A model generated the notes under the pieces. It was not told where the DNA came from. It searched no databases and saw nothing but the letters and a program-made list of their open reading frames with translations. Both the position numbers and the translations under genes were made by a program. A stretch of DNA of 63,527 bases, filler included, from Licmophora abbreviata (lineage: Eukaryota): assembly GCA_900291995.1 (NCBI GenBank). It is 10 parts of 10 records of this genome, joined end to end, with 100 filler letters (N's around TTAATTAATTAA, not from the genome) between each part and the next. Parts side by side here need not be neighbours in the genome. Positions count along the whole stretch, not along the records: positions 24,065 to 35,623 come from OLMU01004093.1; positions 35,724 to 50,556 come from OLMU01004095.1; 8 more parts are not named here. One strand, written 5' to 3'. Numbering within the stretch: position 1 is the stretch's first letter; each line of letters opens with the position of its first letter. Positions 25,225 through 36,565 of the stretch are shown piece by piece.

Positions 25225-26926
25225 ATGAAGACCGCCCTCTCCTTTTTTGCCTTTTCCTCGGCCGTGTGCACCGCACAGCTGACTTATCTGGACCAGCCTG
25301 GTGTCGCCTGGACGCAAACCTTTGCTCCCCTTGACGATGGAAATGCTGTCAGTGTGTCCCCGGATGGAAGCACTGTCTATGCTACGTCGGCTGATGGTCG
25401 GCTTTGCCTCTTGAGCAGTGCGACGGGAGAAATCGTCGACGTGTACCAGCCTCCGCAGAACCGAGACCTCGTTCCTAGCTCCAACAGCGGCGTCGCCTTT
25501 GGAGAAAGCACTGATCTTGGATCGTTTGTCGTTTACGCCATTACCGATGGCCTGAACACGCTGAGCGAGTTCTGGTGAGTACGAATACTGCTTAAATGTG
25601 TGTTTGGTTTGCCGAAATGTTGCTCATTGTGTTTCCATAATGTACTGCTCGTTCACATGCAGTCGTATTGCTGCCGTCACGCATCCGTCGGGAGATGAAC
25701 TTTGGATCTCCGATCCTCTCGAAGGTGCATGCTCTGGAAGCCCCAAGATTTCATCCGATGGAGCGCATGTGTTCATCAACCACAATTCCCAGGCCCGTAC
25801 GGTTGGACACTTCTCCGTTCTCCAGTGCGATGTCGGCGGAGCAGTTCTGTTTACGAGCGAGGGCGACGCCACTCAGCCATATGGGCCTCTTGGCATCTAC
25901 CACGATCCTGTGCAGGGTGCGTACGAGGGAGGTCTTGGCAACACCAACGACATTCTTCTCTGGGCCTACCAGCCGAACATCGGCGAGACTACGATTGACA
26001 ACGGTGGAACATTTGCGTTTCAATTCCCGTTTCCCGCCTCGGAGCCCATGACGATCAAGACTCTTATCCCCAACGTAGATCGCGGCATTCCAAGCCCGGA
26101 CTGGCAGGTCGTGTCCGCACCAGTTATCACCAACCAAGGACTTACGAGCTACTTCTCTGTCTCGCGGAGTGAGTTCCGCGTGTGGAATGGCGCCGTTGGG
26201 GCCAAGGGCTCATACTTTGATCGGCGCGCAACGGGCAACCAGCGCGACTTTGACGCAGGACTTCCACGCAGCACCCCTGGTCAGACTTCTCTTGTCCTCA
26301 GTAGCGATCCAGTGGAGCCTCAGCTCTTTGGGGGACTTGCAAGCAAGTTCTTTGTGAGCATGGACTTTCAGTTGGCAGAGCTATGGGAGAACCCAACCTT
26401 TTCAGTTGTCATGGCGGAAGGTCGCGTCTCTCCCGACGACTCGCGTGTGTACTATGTCGAGCAGAACGGAATCTTCTACTCCGCTCTCGCTTCGGATGGG
26501 TCTCTGAACTGGGAAGTCTCAATTGGATCTTTCACCATGTCTGACTTCTCTCTGAGCGCTAATGGTGACTTCCTCTACTATGGTGACACGCTCGGAAACA
26601 TCGTCGCGTGGCAGATTGCTTCCCCGCCAGCCACCGAGGCGCCTAGCGTGGACCCTAGCAGTGTTCCATCCGAGAGCCCCAGTGGAGTGCCCGTCGCCCC
26701 CACACCTGCTGCTACGCCATTGCCTACAGTGGCGACGGAAGCTCCGATTCCTGATGTCGGCATGATCGAAACCGATGCTCCCACCGGCGGTTCGTCTCCG
26801 GTGGCTTCCACTCCTACCACGACAGGAACGTCTGCCCCCAGTGCCTTGGAGCCCACCTCGGGAGCCACGAGCGTCGTAGGCTTTACGACTATTGCTTGCG
26901 CTGCTGCTGCTGTCCTATTGATCTAG
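25225..26926 (+). CDS. Array copy 4, complete
   Basis: Signal peptide MKTALSFFAFSSAVCTA, intron 25575-25662, PYGPLGIYH.P..GAY.GG.GNTND motif, PT stalk, GPI-like tail. Confidence 0.82.
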
Positions 26927-27543
26927 CTTGTGTCATCGATAGTGTCCGTCCTGTGTGTGTTTGAAGATGACTCCAGTGATACTATGCATGTGTCGAAAAG
27001 ATGATTGATAGCGATTATTACTGGTATAGAACATGGCCAATCACGAGTTTGCTGGGAATATCACCATCTTCTGTAGCGTAGACTAACTTAGCAGGTTCTA
27101 TTATCATCTTTTCGCTTTAGACAACGTAAAAGGCATTCCAAACGCGGTTGACTATCAGGTCTGATATGGCAAACTTTACGCACGATTCGCTGACTACAGA
27201 TAATATATATTCACACTTGAAGGTGACATACATTACTCGCGCGCAGAATTTTGGTCCCCCGACCCCACATTTTGCTTACCCAACGCACTGAACGCACTAC
27301 TTTATCAGGCATGCACCTTGTTGCCATCGTTCTACTCTCTTGCTCGTGGGAAAGTACTCCGCGTCGGGTTTGCTATCATAATAAGTAGTGGACGACTGGA
27401 TGCGACGAGTCGTCGAGATTGAAAGACAGTGACTCGACTGCTGCGGAACAAGAGTTTTGCGAGCCGCCGACGCGACAAACGCTCTGTGTACCGTTGCATT
27501 ACCCACTACGAAGATGACCACGAGCCCGAGCACCCGATATTTC

Positions 27544-30155
27544 ATGAGAAGAAACGCGTGTTTCCTTATTCTTCTTGTCATTCTACATCTCGAGAGCACA
27601 TTGGTAGCTGAGCCACTTGACAGTATTGGAGAATGCGGAGATGATCTCATTTGCGGAAACTGTGAAGGTGCGGTCACGCCGATGGACGAGAATTCCCTAA
27701 TTATGGTCGGCAAGCAGATGGATTGTCCTCACACTGTCATTTTCTTCCAAACATAGGTGACTGTGACAGCACAGATCACTGTGCAGACGGGCTGTGGTGT
27801 TTTGAGCGAGTAGGCTTCACACCCGTGCCTGGGTGCGAGGGCGAAGGTGACGAGAGCAAGGATTATTGCACAGGTCCTGCGGGGCCGCCTCTGCGAAACC
27901 CAGGATGCTACTAGGAATCAGTGCGGGGAGTGTCAAGGTACAGCGACGACTGTGAAGAAATCTCTGGTATGTTTGAATTGTACTCTTGCTCGGAGAGGCT
28001 CATCAATTCATCGCTTTTTTCGCCTGATGTAGGAGCGTGCAGCAACGATCAAGAGTGCCAAGGGAGTTTGAAGTGTTTCGTACGAGACGATTTCCTTGCT
28101 ATCCCCGGATGTACTGGGCGAGGCGTGGGGGGCGCGAATTACTGCTATGACGATGGGAGCGCTCCGCCGCCTACAACACCAGAGCCAACTGTACCACCTC
28201 CGACGCCCATGCCGACACCACAGGCGACACCACAGCCGACACCGGCCCCAACGACCGCAGAACCCACTCCCGAGCCAACAGACCGACCTTCGCCGCCACC
28301 GACAATATCACTGTCCCCGACTGCGGCTCCATCTTTCTCTCCCACTTCTGTTCCAAGCTATGTGCCATCTGCAGGTCCGACGGTATCTCAGGCTCCTTCT
28401 TATGCGCCGTCGACTAGCAGTCCAACGTTTAGCTTTGTCAATACCAATGTACCAGACCGTTTGTGGTTCAACCAGCTTGGCAGTACTACGCAAAAGGGGA
28501 ATGCTGTAACATTCAGTCCGGATGGTGAGTCGCTATATATTACGACAGCCGATGGCGGCGTAAGAGTTTTGAACACAAGCAATGGGCTCGAGCGCTGGTC
28601 GTTTACAACCGATGCTGGAAGCAATGGGTGGAATGTCAAGTGCACGAGTGGTGTCGCATTCGGGGAAATGGATGGAATCGGCGAATTTGCTGTGTATAGC
28701 GTCACTGACGAGGCGCCGGTAGGCAGCGGCAGTGAATCAGAAAGGTGAGTGTGCTGTTATTTTGGATGAGTGCTCCAAGAAGCGGGACGATTTCGCAAGA
28801 CTAAACAACTAATGTTCACACCTCTGGACAGTCGCATTGTTGCGGTTTCGCATCCAGTCAACAGCCTTTTGTGGGTATCAGAACCTTTGAGAGGAGAAGC
28901 GTCCGGGACGCCGTTCGTGACGCAGAGCACGGGTACAGCTGGAAAGTATATCTTTGTGACGCACAATGTAGTCGGACCCTTTGGACCAGGTGGGTTCTTT
29001 TCGGTCGTCACCGCAGAGGATGGGGCTATTCTCTTTACAGAAAGTAGCGGGGAGGCTAGTGCTGCCGCAGATTTCTACACATATGCCCCGCCCGGAGGAT
29101 CTCATTTCCCACTACGGGGCATGTATGCAGGCGGCGAGTCCAATACGAATGACATTGTCGCGTGGGCGACTAGCGACAACAACGGCAACAACAATGGCCT
29201 CGGCAGCGCTGGGTTTATGCGTGCATTTCAGCTTCCCATGAACTTTGATCCGGCAACCTTTGACGAGGTGCTCACGACGACTGACCTGGGGATATCCGAT
29301 TGGAGTGCTTTGACACGACCGACGCTAAGCAACAACGGAACAAATATGTTCGTTACGGCTAGACAAAGTAGGATCTATGCTTGGGTCGATGGCGCATTGT
29401 TTTCCGACGTGACAACTTGGAGTGCCGATCTGACACGGGACGATACCAACGGGGCTTTGCGTAAGTCGATTGAAAAGTTTTGTTACTCCTCTTGAGGTGG
29501 ACACCATGAGGCATGTGTGCTAACACAGGCTTACTTGCCCCTCCTGCTTTTAGCCATACGAAACGATGGCGTCTTGTCAGCGAGTGAAACACGATTCTTT
29601 ACATCGTCCAGTGCTACAACATTCGCGGGCATTGATACCCGGACCGGGAATGTGCTGTGGGAAGAGGCAAGCTTGTCCGTCTTCCTCGGCGCGCCAAAGG
29701 TGTCCCGTGACGACGAACGAGTGTACGCCATCCAGTCCACCGATGGTCGGATCTACGGGTGGGATCAAATATCGGGTGACGTCTTGTGGTCCGTGAGCTG
29801 CGACAATTACGAGGAGGACTGCGCCAATAGTGTCGAGGCTGAATTCGATTTGAGCGACGATAGTTTGGTTCTTGTCTATGTGGATGTCGTGGGCAGAGTG
29901 ACAGCCTTGCAGGTTGGCACTTCGCTCGTCCCCACCGCGCCTCCCGCCGCGGGACCATCGCCACCCGTGTCCACGATGCCCGGCGTGTCACCCACACCGC
30001 CCCCCTCATCCACACCGGGCAATCCTACCAATCCAGGTAGTGGCGAACCCGCCAATGGCGAGCCTGATACTACAAGTGCAGCGGGTACCTTGGGAAGATC
30101 GAAAACAGCGTCGCTTGTGGTTTTGTGTGTAATCGTTGTCTTGGCCGTCTCGTGA
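27544..30155 (+). CDS. Array copy 5: two frustulin-type ACR repeats + PT linker + beta-propeller + GPI-like tail (apparent frameshift near 27909)
   Basis: CGNCEG|DCD..DHC..GL.CFER...VPGC.G.G...DYC and CGECQG|AC...EC...LKCF.R...IPGC.G.G...NYC. Introns 27668-27756, 27938-28032, 28745-28831, 29461-29553. Confidence 0.78.
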
Positions 30156-30261
30156 ATATAAGTCACCATGTTTAGCATATCGAATGCGTTCTATTCGTCG
30201 TTAGCTGGCAGCATGAATTCTCCCCGATCGTTTCATGGATGCGAATCAAAACAGTCCATCC

Positions 30262-31194
30262 TCATTGTCTCCCTTTTTCTCTCATGAGCAGTGACGCTTG
30301 TCGATAGTCGTCAAGCTGTTCCTGATAGACCCGCATCAGTCGATCTCTATAGGACTTCATACAAAAGACTCCGAGTATCATGTAAATATGCCCGACTACA
30401 AAGACCGGCCAGGAGGACAGTTCGGTAAAAATAGCAATCCATGGAATGTGCTGCAGAGAGGCCTGATGCTGCATCATGTCTTGCACTTGCACCGAAAAGG
30501 CTTCGTTGAGGGAGGCGAGTGCGAGGAAGGAATAGAGCAATCCTCGCGTGAGAAAGTTTTGGAGCAATGCGCTGGAGCGAATCAGGGGAATGGGAAGTTC
30601 CAATTCAATGAGAGAGACTCCCACACAAAAGAGAGCAATGTACAATCGCAAGACGAGTATGACTGGAGAAATGGTACGGAGCGGCACTACGAACAGTGGC
30701 ATCACCTGTGTGCCTGCCAGACGGAGACTTGCGACGATCGCAAGGAATTTCACAAAGCGAAAGAAGCGGAGCGGCAAGGGTTTATGCGGGGGACTGAGGA
30801 AACTTGATTCGGTAGTGGTGGACGGGGTCGTGCTGTACGCTTCCCCGTCGTCATTGTCCTCCTCCAAAGTAGCTGCCGATGGATACCCATTACGGATGCC
30901 CTCTTCCTCGGTGTGCCAGTTCGGTATTTCCGCCGCAGCATTCTCTTGAACACGAGCTTCTCTGGTCTGTTGGGCTGGCTTGGTTCCAAAAGGAGATGGA
31001 TCTGTAGCTTTGCTGTGCAACAAACAAGGTAGAGAAGCAAGATTGCAGGCGGGTCAGAGCGAGTGTGTTGACTGACTGCCTACGTATATTGAATATATAT
31101 AATATTTGACACGCAGTATAAGTTTATCACGAACGTACTATTCGTATTGAGTCCATGCTGCCGCTATATCTGCATTCGTCCCTCTCAACGCCAT
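30262..31194 (-). CDS. COPI-associated/TVP15-like 4-TM Golgi membrane protein
   Basis: RLY.ALF...LIE.E and LLQNFLTRGLLYSFL. Short first exon from ATG 31194 splices in frame via a GTACGT donor. Confidence 0.62.
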
Positions 31195-32035
31195 GCTAGC
31201 AACGCTTCAGTCTGTAGGACTTGACGAGGAGGAATAGAATCGTCGTCCAGGGGTCCTTGATGCTGAGACGCGACTTTTTCTCGACATCGCCATGGTCGCG
31301 CTCGTCAAAATCGCGCCGCTGAGATGATTCGTCGACTCCTTCGACTACACACGGACGACGAACGAGACTTCCTCGTCCGGGATGCAGAGAAAGTACGAGA
31401 AGGTTGTAACCCACTCTGGCTAGCTAGTACCTGTACTACTTCGTTGGGGGACTATTACTGCTAGACTTAGTGTCACTAGTACGGAGGCAAGTACCTTGCA
31501 GTCATTGATTGAGCTGTCGTTGACGACTGTGTGAATCGAATCGAATCCAATCCAATTTGAAACTATGCTGCGACAAGGAGCACGTGCGGCACACATGGTC
31601 CAATGGCACTCGTACGATACCATAGAAACCACTTCCAAGACTAATAATGATACATTTATGAGCATACGTTTTTAGCTGGAAAATGAGATAAAGTCCAGAA
31701 GCTCCATAAATATGGATCCCGTTTAGAAGCAGTATGTAAAATCAACGCTTGATGTTATCATTCACTACAGACGAGCAGAGAAGGTCTACAGGCTCATACA
31801 GCGTCTCAGAGTAGATTTAAGGCGCCGCCCCCCGAGGTCTTGGATGATCGCAATCACAAATTGCTGGAAGGTAGATCCATATCTTTTCAAAAGAAGGAAG
31901 CTGTAACGGTAAGAGAGTGTTCGTATCATCAGCAAAAGAACCGTCCGTGCTTTGTTTGTTAGAAAGATATCTCTAACCACCCCGGACTTCATTGTCGCTC
32001 CATTGTGTTTCACCACCAAGAAGAACAAGTCAATC

Positions 32036-32584
32036 ATGAAGCTCTCTAACCCCCGTATCATCATCGCCATCTTTGGTGTCTTCGCTATTGCCATCAAGGC
32101 CCAGGCTTCGGACCCCGAGCGCCAGCTCCGATACCGTTTGGAGCCTCTCGACGAAGGCGAGGATTTCGAGGATGGCCTCGTCCAAGAAGAAAGCGAGGGC
32201 CGCGACCTTGCTTCGAATGGCCCGACCCTCAAGTGCAAGGCCTGGCCCGATTCCGACGTCGTCACGAATGGACAGACAATTGGTGTCACGTGGAAAGTGC
32301 AGAACGAAGGAGACGTTCCTGTCCTGCTTCGTCGGCTCACAATCGTAGGCGCCACAAAGTACATTGGAGCCGCGAAGAAGATCTTGCCAGGCATCTGCGG
32401 CACGAAGACGACAGTTGCTTCCGGTCAAGAATATATGTGCGAGAGTGACATCACCTTTGCGAATCTCGTGGATGGCCAGCGCTTGAGGGTTGCTATGGAG
32501 GCCAAGGCGTTGAAGAATGGCAAGAATGTCAAATGCCGCTCCTCCTGGAAGGTTGTGGCGGATGATGATTGTGGTAGAGTGTGA
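32036..32584 (+). CDS. Small secreted protein with RXL motifs and Ig-like beta-sandwich
   Basis: Signal peptide; RQL and RDL motifs bracket an acidic segment; GQTIGVTWKVQNEGDV resembles DUF11/CARDB-type strands; several Cys. Confidence 0.72.
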   Translation: MKLSNPRIIIAIFGVFAIAIKAQASDPERQLRYRLEPLDEGEDFEDGLVQEESEGRDLASNGPTLKCKAWPDSDVVTNGQTIGVTWKVQNEGDVPVLLRRLTIVGATKYIGAAKKILPGICGTKTTVASGQEYMCESDITFANLVDGQRLRVAMEAKALKNGKNVKCRSSWKVVADDDCGRV

Positions 32585-32955
32585 TCACTACCGTCAACAC
32601 GCCCTGGGACAATGAAGTTCACAAAGTTGCGACCACGCCAAAAGATCCAGAGGAAACTTCCATCGCAAGATACGAGTAGTTTTATTCTTTACAGTTTGCC
32701 TTTAGCCGTTTACTGAAACATTGACGGAATCGATCATCGTCTAGAATCAAGGGAGAGAAAGATCCGTGGCTCTGCTGCGTACAGATAAAGAGCGATCATG
32801 GCATGGTATCCAAACGTGATCCGAGCAACTTCACTGCATTTCGCATGTCCCACGCATCTGGCTTTCTGCCCGATTAATCTCTCAACAGACAGCGATATTG
32901 TATGTGTGTGTGTCTATTTGCCCTACTTGTCTAGCGTTTTATTACCGACGGCCCC

Positions 32956-34128
32956 TCAAAACAAGTAATCTGTCACCAGCAATCGTTCCTGCCCGTCTTG
33001 ACCTCGTACTCGCAACTGCCCATCGTCTTCCAACAGTACCGGTTGTACGACCTCCCCCGTTTCTCGTATTGTTTGGGAAATCCCAAAATCAGCACTCGCC
33101 CTCCAAGTATCGAGAACCAGCTGCCCCGAGTCCGCATTCGTCTCTCGCCACCACTCGACCAACGACACGGCCAAATCGTCTCCCAAGTCCTGCGCCATCA
33201 CGGCCTTTGCAGAAGAGTCGTCTGTACAATGCTCCAAAACAGCCGCAGCCGGACGCCCTCGATTCGTCCCCTCCAATGGTACCTCGGGCGCTTGGACCAG
33301 GTTCACTCCAATGCCGACTAGAAAGTACTGATCCTTGCCAACCAGTTCGCTCTCCATCAAGACACCCGCCACCTTGTTCCCATCCACCAAGACGTCGTTG
33401 GGCCATTTTAAGGACAGGTTGGGAGGTTTTAACTTTGTTGTACTGCTGCAGCACTCTTTGAGAACACGCTTCAGTCGATCCGCCAGGAGATTCCCAATTT
33501 GCAGCGGCAAGAGCGTCAAAGAAAAGTCGGAATGCAATTTGGAACGCGGCAAAGCGACCGTGAGAAAGAGGTTCCCAGGCTGACCCATCCATGTACGTCC
33601 CGATGTGCCTCGTCCTCTGACCTGTTCCTTGGCGGAAACTGTCAAGTAGGGAGAAGCAGTAGTAGTAGTACACGTTGTATCATCACGGTTGTCGTCGAAA
33701 TTGACATGAAGCAGGCGTCGCGCTTCGTCTTGGGTCGACTCTACTGAATCCAAGCGGTGCATCGTTAAGTCAGAGGATAAGACCACAGGCCCCAAGGACG
33801 AGGACATGTTTCGGCCGCCTCCAGGCATGACCGATAGCAGGGACGAGGATGCAGAGGACGACAAGGCCGATGATGTAGTAGGAGTAAGAGCCCAGCACCG
33901 GCAGCGCGGGGACACAAAGAAGGAAAGAAATGTCGTCGTCAGGACCATTCGTCGACCGAACAAGCACCAGCCGTGCATCCTCTCTAGAGGCAAGAAGAAA
34001 CTGCGGGTAGTGAGAAGCAGGACAGCTGTAGAGGGAGAGAGACCAAGGATTGCGATCGGTGCGGCGTCGTAATCAACATGGTCGGTCGTCGCGGTCTGTC
34101 GCGCGGCGGGCGTCGCAGTCGCTTCCAA
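32956..34128 (-). CDS. birA: Biotin-protein ligase (BirA/BPL catalytic domain), start uncertain
   Basis: VESTQ, Q..GRGTSGRTW, LKWPNDVLVDGNKVAGVL, GIGVNL, DDGQLRV. Confidence 0.9.
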   Translation of the reverse strand: MEATATPAARQTATTDHVDYDAAPIAILGLSPSTAVLLLTTRSFFLPLERMHGWCLFGRRMVLTTTFLSFFVSPRCRCWALTPTTSSALSSSASSSLLSVMPGGGRNMSSSLGPVVLSSDLTMHRLDSVESTQDEARRLLHVNFDDNRDDTTCTTTTASPYLTVSAKEQVRGRGTSGRTWMGQPGNLFLTVALPRSKLHSDFSLTLLPLQIGNLLADRLKRVLKECCSSTTKLKPPNLSLKWPNDVLVDGNKVAGVLMESELVGKDQYFLVGIGVNLVQAPEVPLEGTNRGRPAAAVLEHCTDDSSAKAVMAQDLGDDLAVSLVEWWRETNADSGQLVLDTWRASADFGISQTIRETGEVVQPVLLEDDGQLRVRGQDGQERLLVTDYLF

Positions 34129-34345
34129 AACGGAACGAATGAATCAAATCAATCGCGCGTGCTGAGTTCCTCTGAAAACCCGGAGTGTGGACTTTGCGAC
34201 CCGCTCGAAGTCTGTTTCTCAACAATTCGAAACGTGGCATTCTTATTTCCACTGATGAAGACAGGCAGCCCTCTCACACATCACACTCCACAGTACCGCG
34301 GAGATCACGGCCGCGAACAACACGTCCACAAACTTGGAAGCAAAG

Positions 34346-35254
34346 ATGACATCCATGGTTTCACATCGAAAGAAAAGCGTCGCATCGATGCAGAGAGTTC
34401 CAGAGGCTGTTCTTCAAGAGTTCGTCATGCCATTCCTCGGCCCTCGCGATCTTCTTCCCACACTTGGGTCGTGCAGCAAGACGCTTCGACGAATCGCCAC
34501 GTCGGATATGGTCTGGCAAGAGTTTTGTCGCTGGAGAGGAACTACGAAATCACTTGTTTGCCAAAGAATAACCAGGCAACTGAAGAAAGCTCTTGAGAAC
34601 ATACAAGACGAAAACGACGAAAACTACGAAAACTTTCATGTTCAAGTGACAAGATCGCGGGAGCTGCGGGCTGTCTTTGTAGCCTTTGAAGACGCGTCAA
34701 CGCTGCCTGGATCGTATGCAAGATACAAGGCCCTACATCTCCAAGGTTGGCCAGAAAGAGATGTCGAGTGCGCTGTGAATTCAGAAGACTTTCTTTATTG
34801 GATTCTCGATTGGCCTCCACAGTGCCATCGACCGGCAGAATTCGCATGTCAGCTTCCGAGCTGCCATAGCTCTGCCTATTGCAAAGACCATATGTTTTAC
34901 AGCAATCACGGCGCCTCTTGCAGCTGGTGCAAGGCTCAGTATTGTACCTTTGATCTCTTGACATCGTTATGCACGAGATGCAAAAGGGCAGCGTGTAAGG
35001 ACTGCGAAGAAATTGTTGGCTTGGGCAGCACGTCGCGCTGCGATTCGGACGACCTTTGCGTGCACAGGACCTGTTGGAAATGCTCCTGGTGGGTGAAGGG
35101 TGAAGATCCACAGGCGGGGGGAAGACCATTCTGCTCTCCACAGCAATTTGAGACGCACGTGAGAGCGGTATCCGCATCGACCTTTTGTGGCGAACAGCAT
35201 GCTGGACAGGAGGCCAACTATCGCTTGAATCTCGACGAAGATAGAGTCGTCTAG
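34346..35254 (+). CDS. F-box protein with Cys-rich C-terminus
   Basis: VPEAVLQEFVMPFLGPRDL...SCSK.LR.IA.SD.VW is F-box-like; many CxxC pairs downstream. Confidence 0.72.
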   Translation: MTSMVSHRKKSVASMQRVPEAVLQEFVMPFLGPRDLLPTLGSCSKTLRRIATSDMVWQEFCRWRGTTKSLVCQRITRQLKKALENIQDENDENYENFHVQVTRSRELRAVFVAFEDASTLPGSYARYKALHLQGWPERDVECAVNSEDFLYWILDWPPQCHRPAEFACQLPSCHSSAYCKDHMFYSNHGASCSWCKAQYCTFDLLTSLCTRCKRAACKDCEEIVGLGSTSRCDSDDLCVHRTCWKCSWWVKGEDPQAGGRPFCSPQQFETHVRAVSASTFCGEQHAGQEANYRLNLDEDRVV

Positions 35255-35723
35255 CTAGCTGTACCTTGTGTTGTATACGAAATACTCAAAAGTCACATAC
35301 CAATCCCCCACTTACTCGTGAGCACACTGTACCAGTTGCAATACAAGAATATAAATGCAGCTCTCAGAGAATCGTTACGCATAATGTGGTGCCACCACAA
35401 GAGCCGATTGAGAAGACAAATCTCTGAGAAAAACCTTCCTCTCAGTCATCCATTCCCACCGTATGCTCGTCCTCTCTACTACTCGTAAGTGAGGGACACG
35501 CTGCACATAGGTATAGTAGGACCTCGTCAACGAAGCCATGCATACCACGGTTTCAAGTTGCCACAGCTATTCGAAGTAATCAATATCTGCGGCACTGGAT
35601 ACATGTGCTATGAATACTTCTTTNNNNNNNNNNNNNNNNNNNNNNNNNNNNNNNNNNNNNNNNNNNNTTAATTAATTAANNNNNNNNNNNNNNNNNNNNN
35701 NNNNNNNNNNNNNNNNNNNNNNN

Positions 35724-36390
35724 GACTATGCCGAGTGTGGACAGTTTGACTTGGGAAATAATGAACGACGTCTCAACGACGGCGGTGTTCAGTACTATGT
35801 CGGACCCTACTGTGCCCAACAGGGCGGGGAGATTCATCTTGGACTGTTCACCGACGACACATGTACAACCTTCGCCAGCAGTGGAGAATCGACCTTTTAC
35901 GATACGATGGGATACGAACTTCCCTACAGCGACGACTCCTTGGTCAGTTCACGATGCATGTCCTGTGCGCAGTACGATGACGACAGCGCATCCTATGTCA
36001 AGGATGTTTGTAGTACACTCTATGGATTGTCGGGCAAGTGTGAAACAAAAATGAGTGTCGATTATCCCAATGAGAGTGCGTGTACGTACATTGAAGGAAT
36101 CAAGATTATTCGTGCCGATGGCGTCATTCGGACATCGGCAATTCGAAAGAGCAAAGCAGCAGCGGTCGTGATTGGACTCTTGTTGACATTCTCGGTACTT
36201 TTAGGAGCCTACGTGTACTACTTGCGAACCAGTACGTCTTTGTTTGTCATTGTATCATGGTGTAATTTGGACACACCGACATTCTTCCCTTACCCATTGC
36301 TTTACTCGTGACTTTATGCTCTTCTGTGCAGAACTTGCGCGTGCCCGAATCAATCTTGTCTCGGCGACCAACGTGAGCGGTCTCACGTAA
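35724..36390 (+). CDS. Silicanin-1-family (silicalemma) membrane protein, 5'-partial at gap
   Basis: RRL, YYVGPYCAQQGGEIHLGLFTDDTCT, LY..SGKCE, ACTYIEGIKIIR.DG, single TM and short cytosolic tail. Intron 36232-36331. Family recognised from memory. Confidence 0.75.
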
Positions 36391-36565
36391 GCATTGCAAG
36401 GGGCATTTGATACGTTGTATTTCCAATCTTGGGCCCACTCTTGAACTAAGCACAATGTCAACGGACACAATCAAGAAAGAACATATGTATAAGGACTAAA
36501 TGAGTAGTGACTGTGATAAAGGTTATCTTGGGCTTGCCTCCCTGTCGTATCTACTACTACTACTA

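Noticed and set aside
24798..25271. Two same-frame minus-strand ORFs separated by one stop (possible pseudogene or readthrough)
   Set aside because: Low-complexity product with no recognisable domain, and it overlaps the copy-4 start; cannot be supported.
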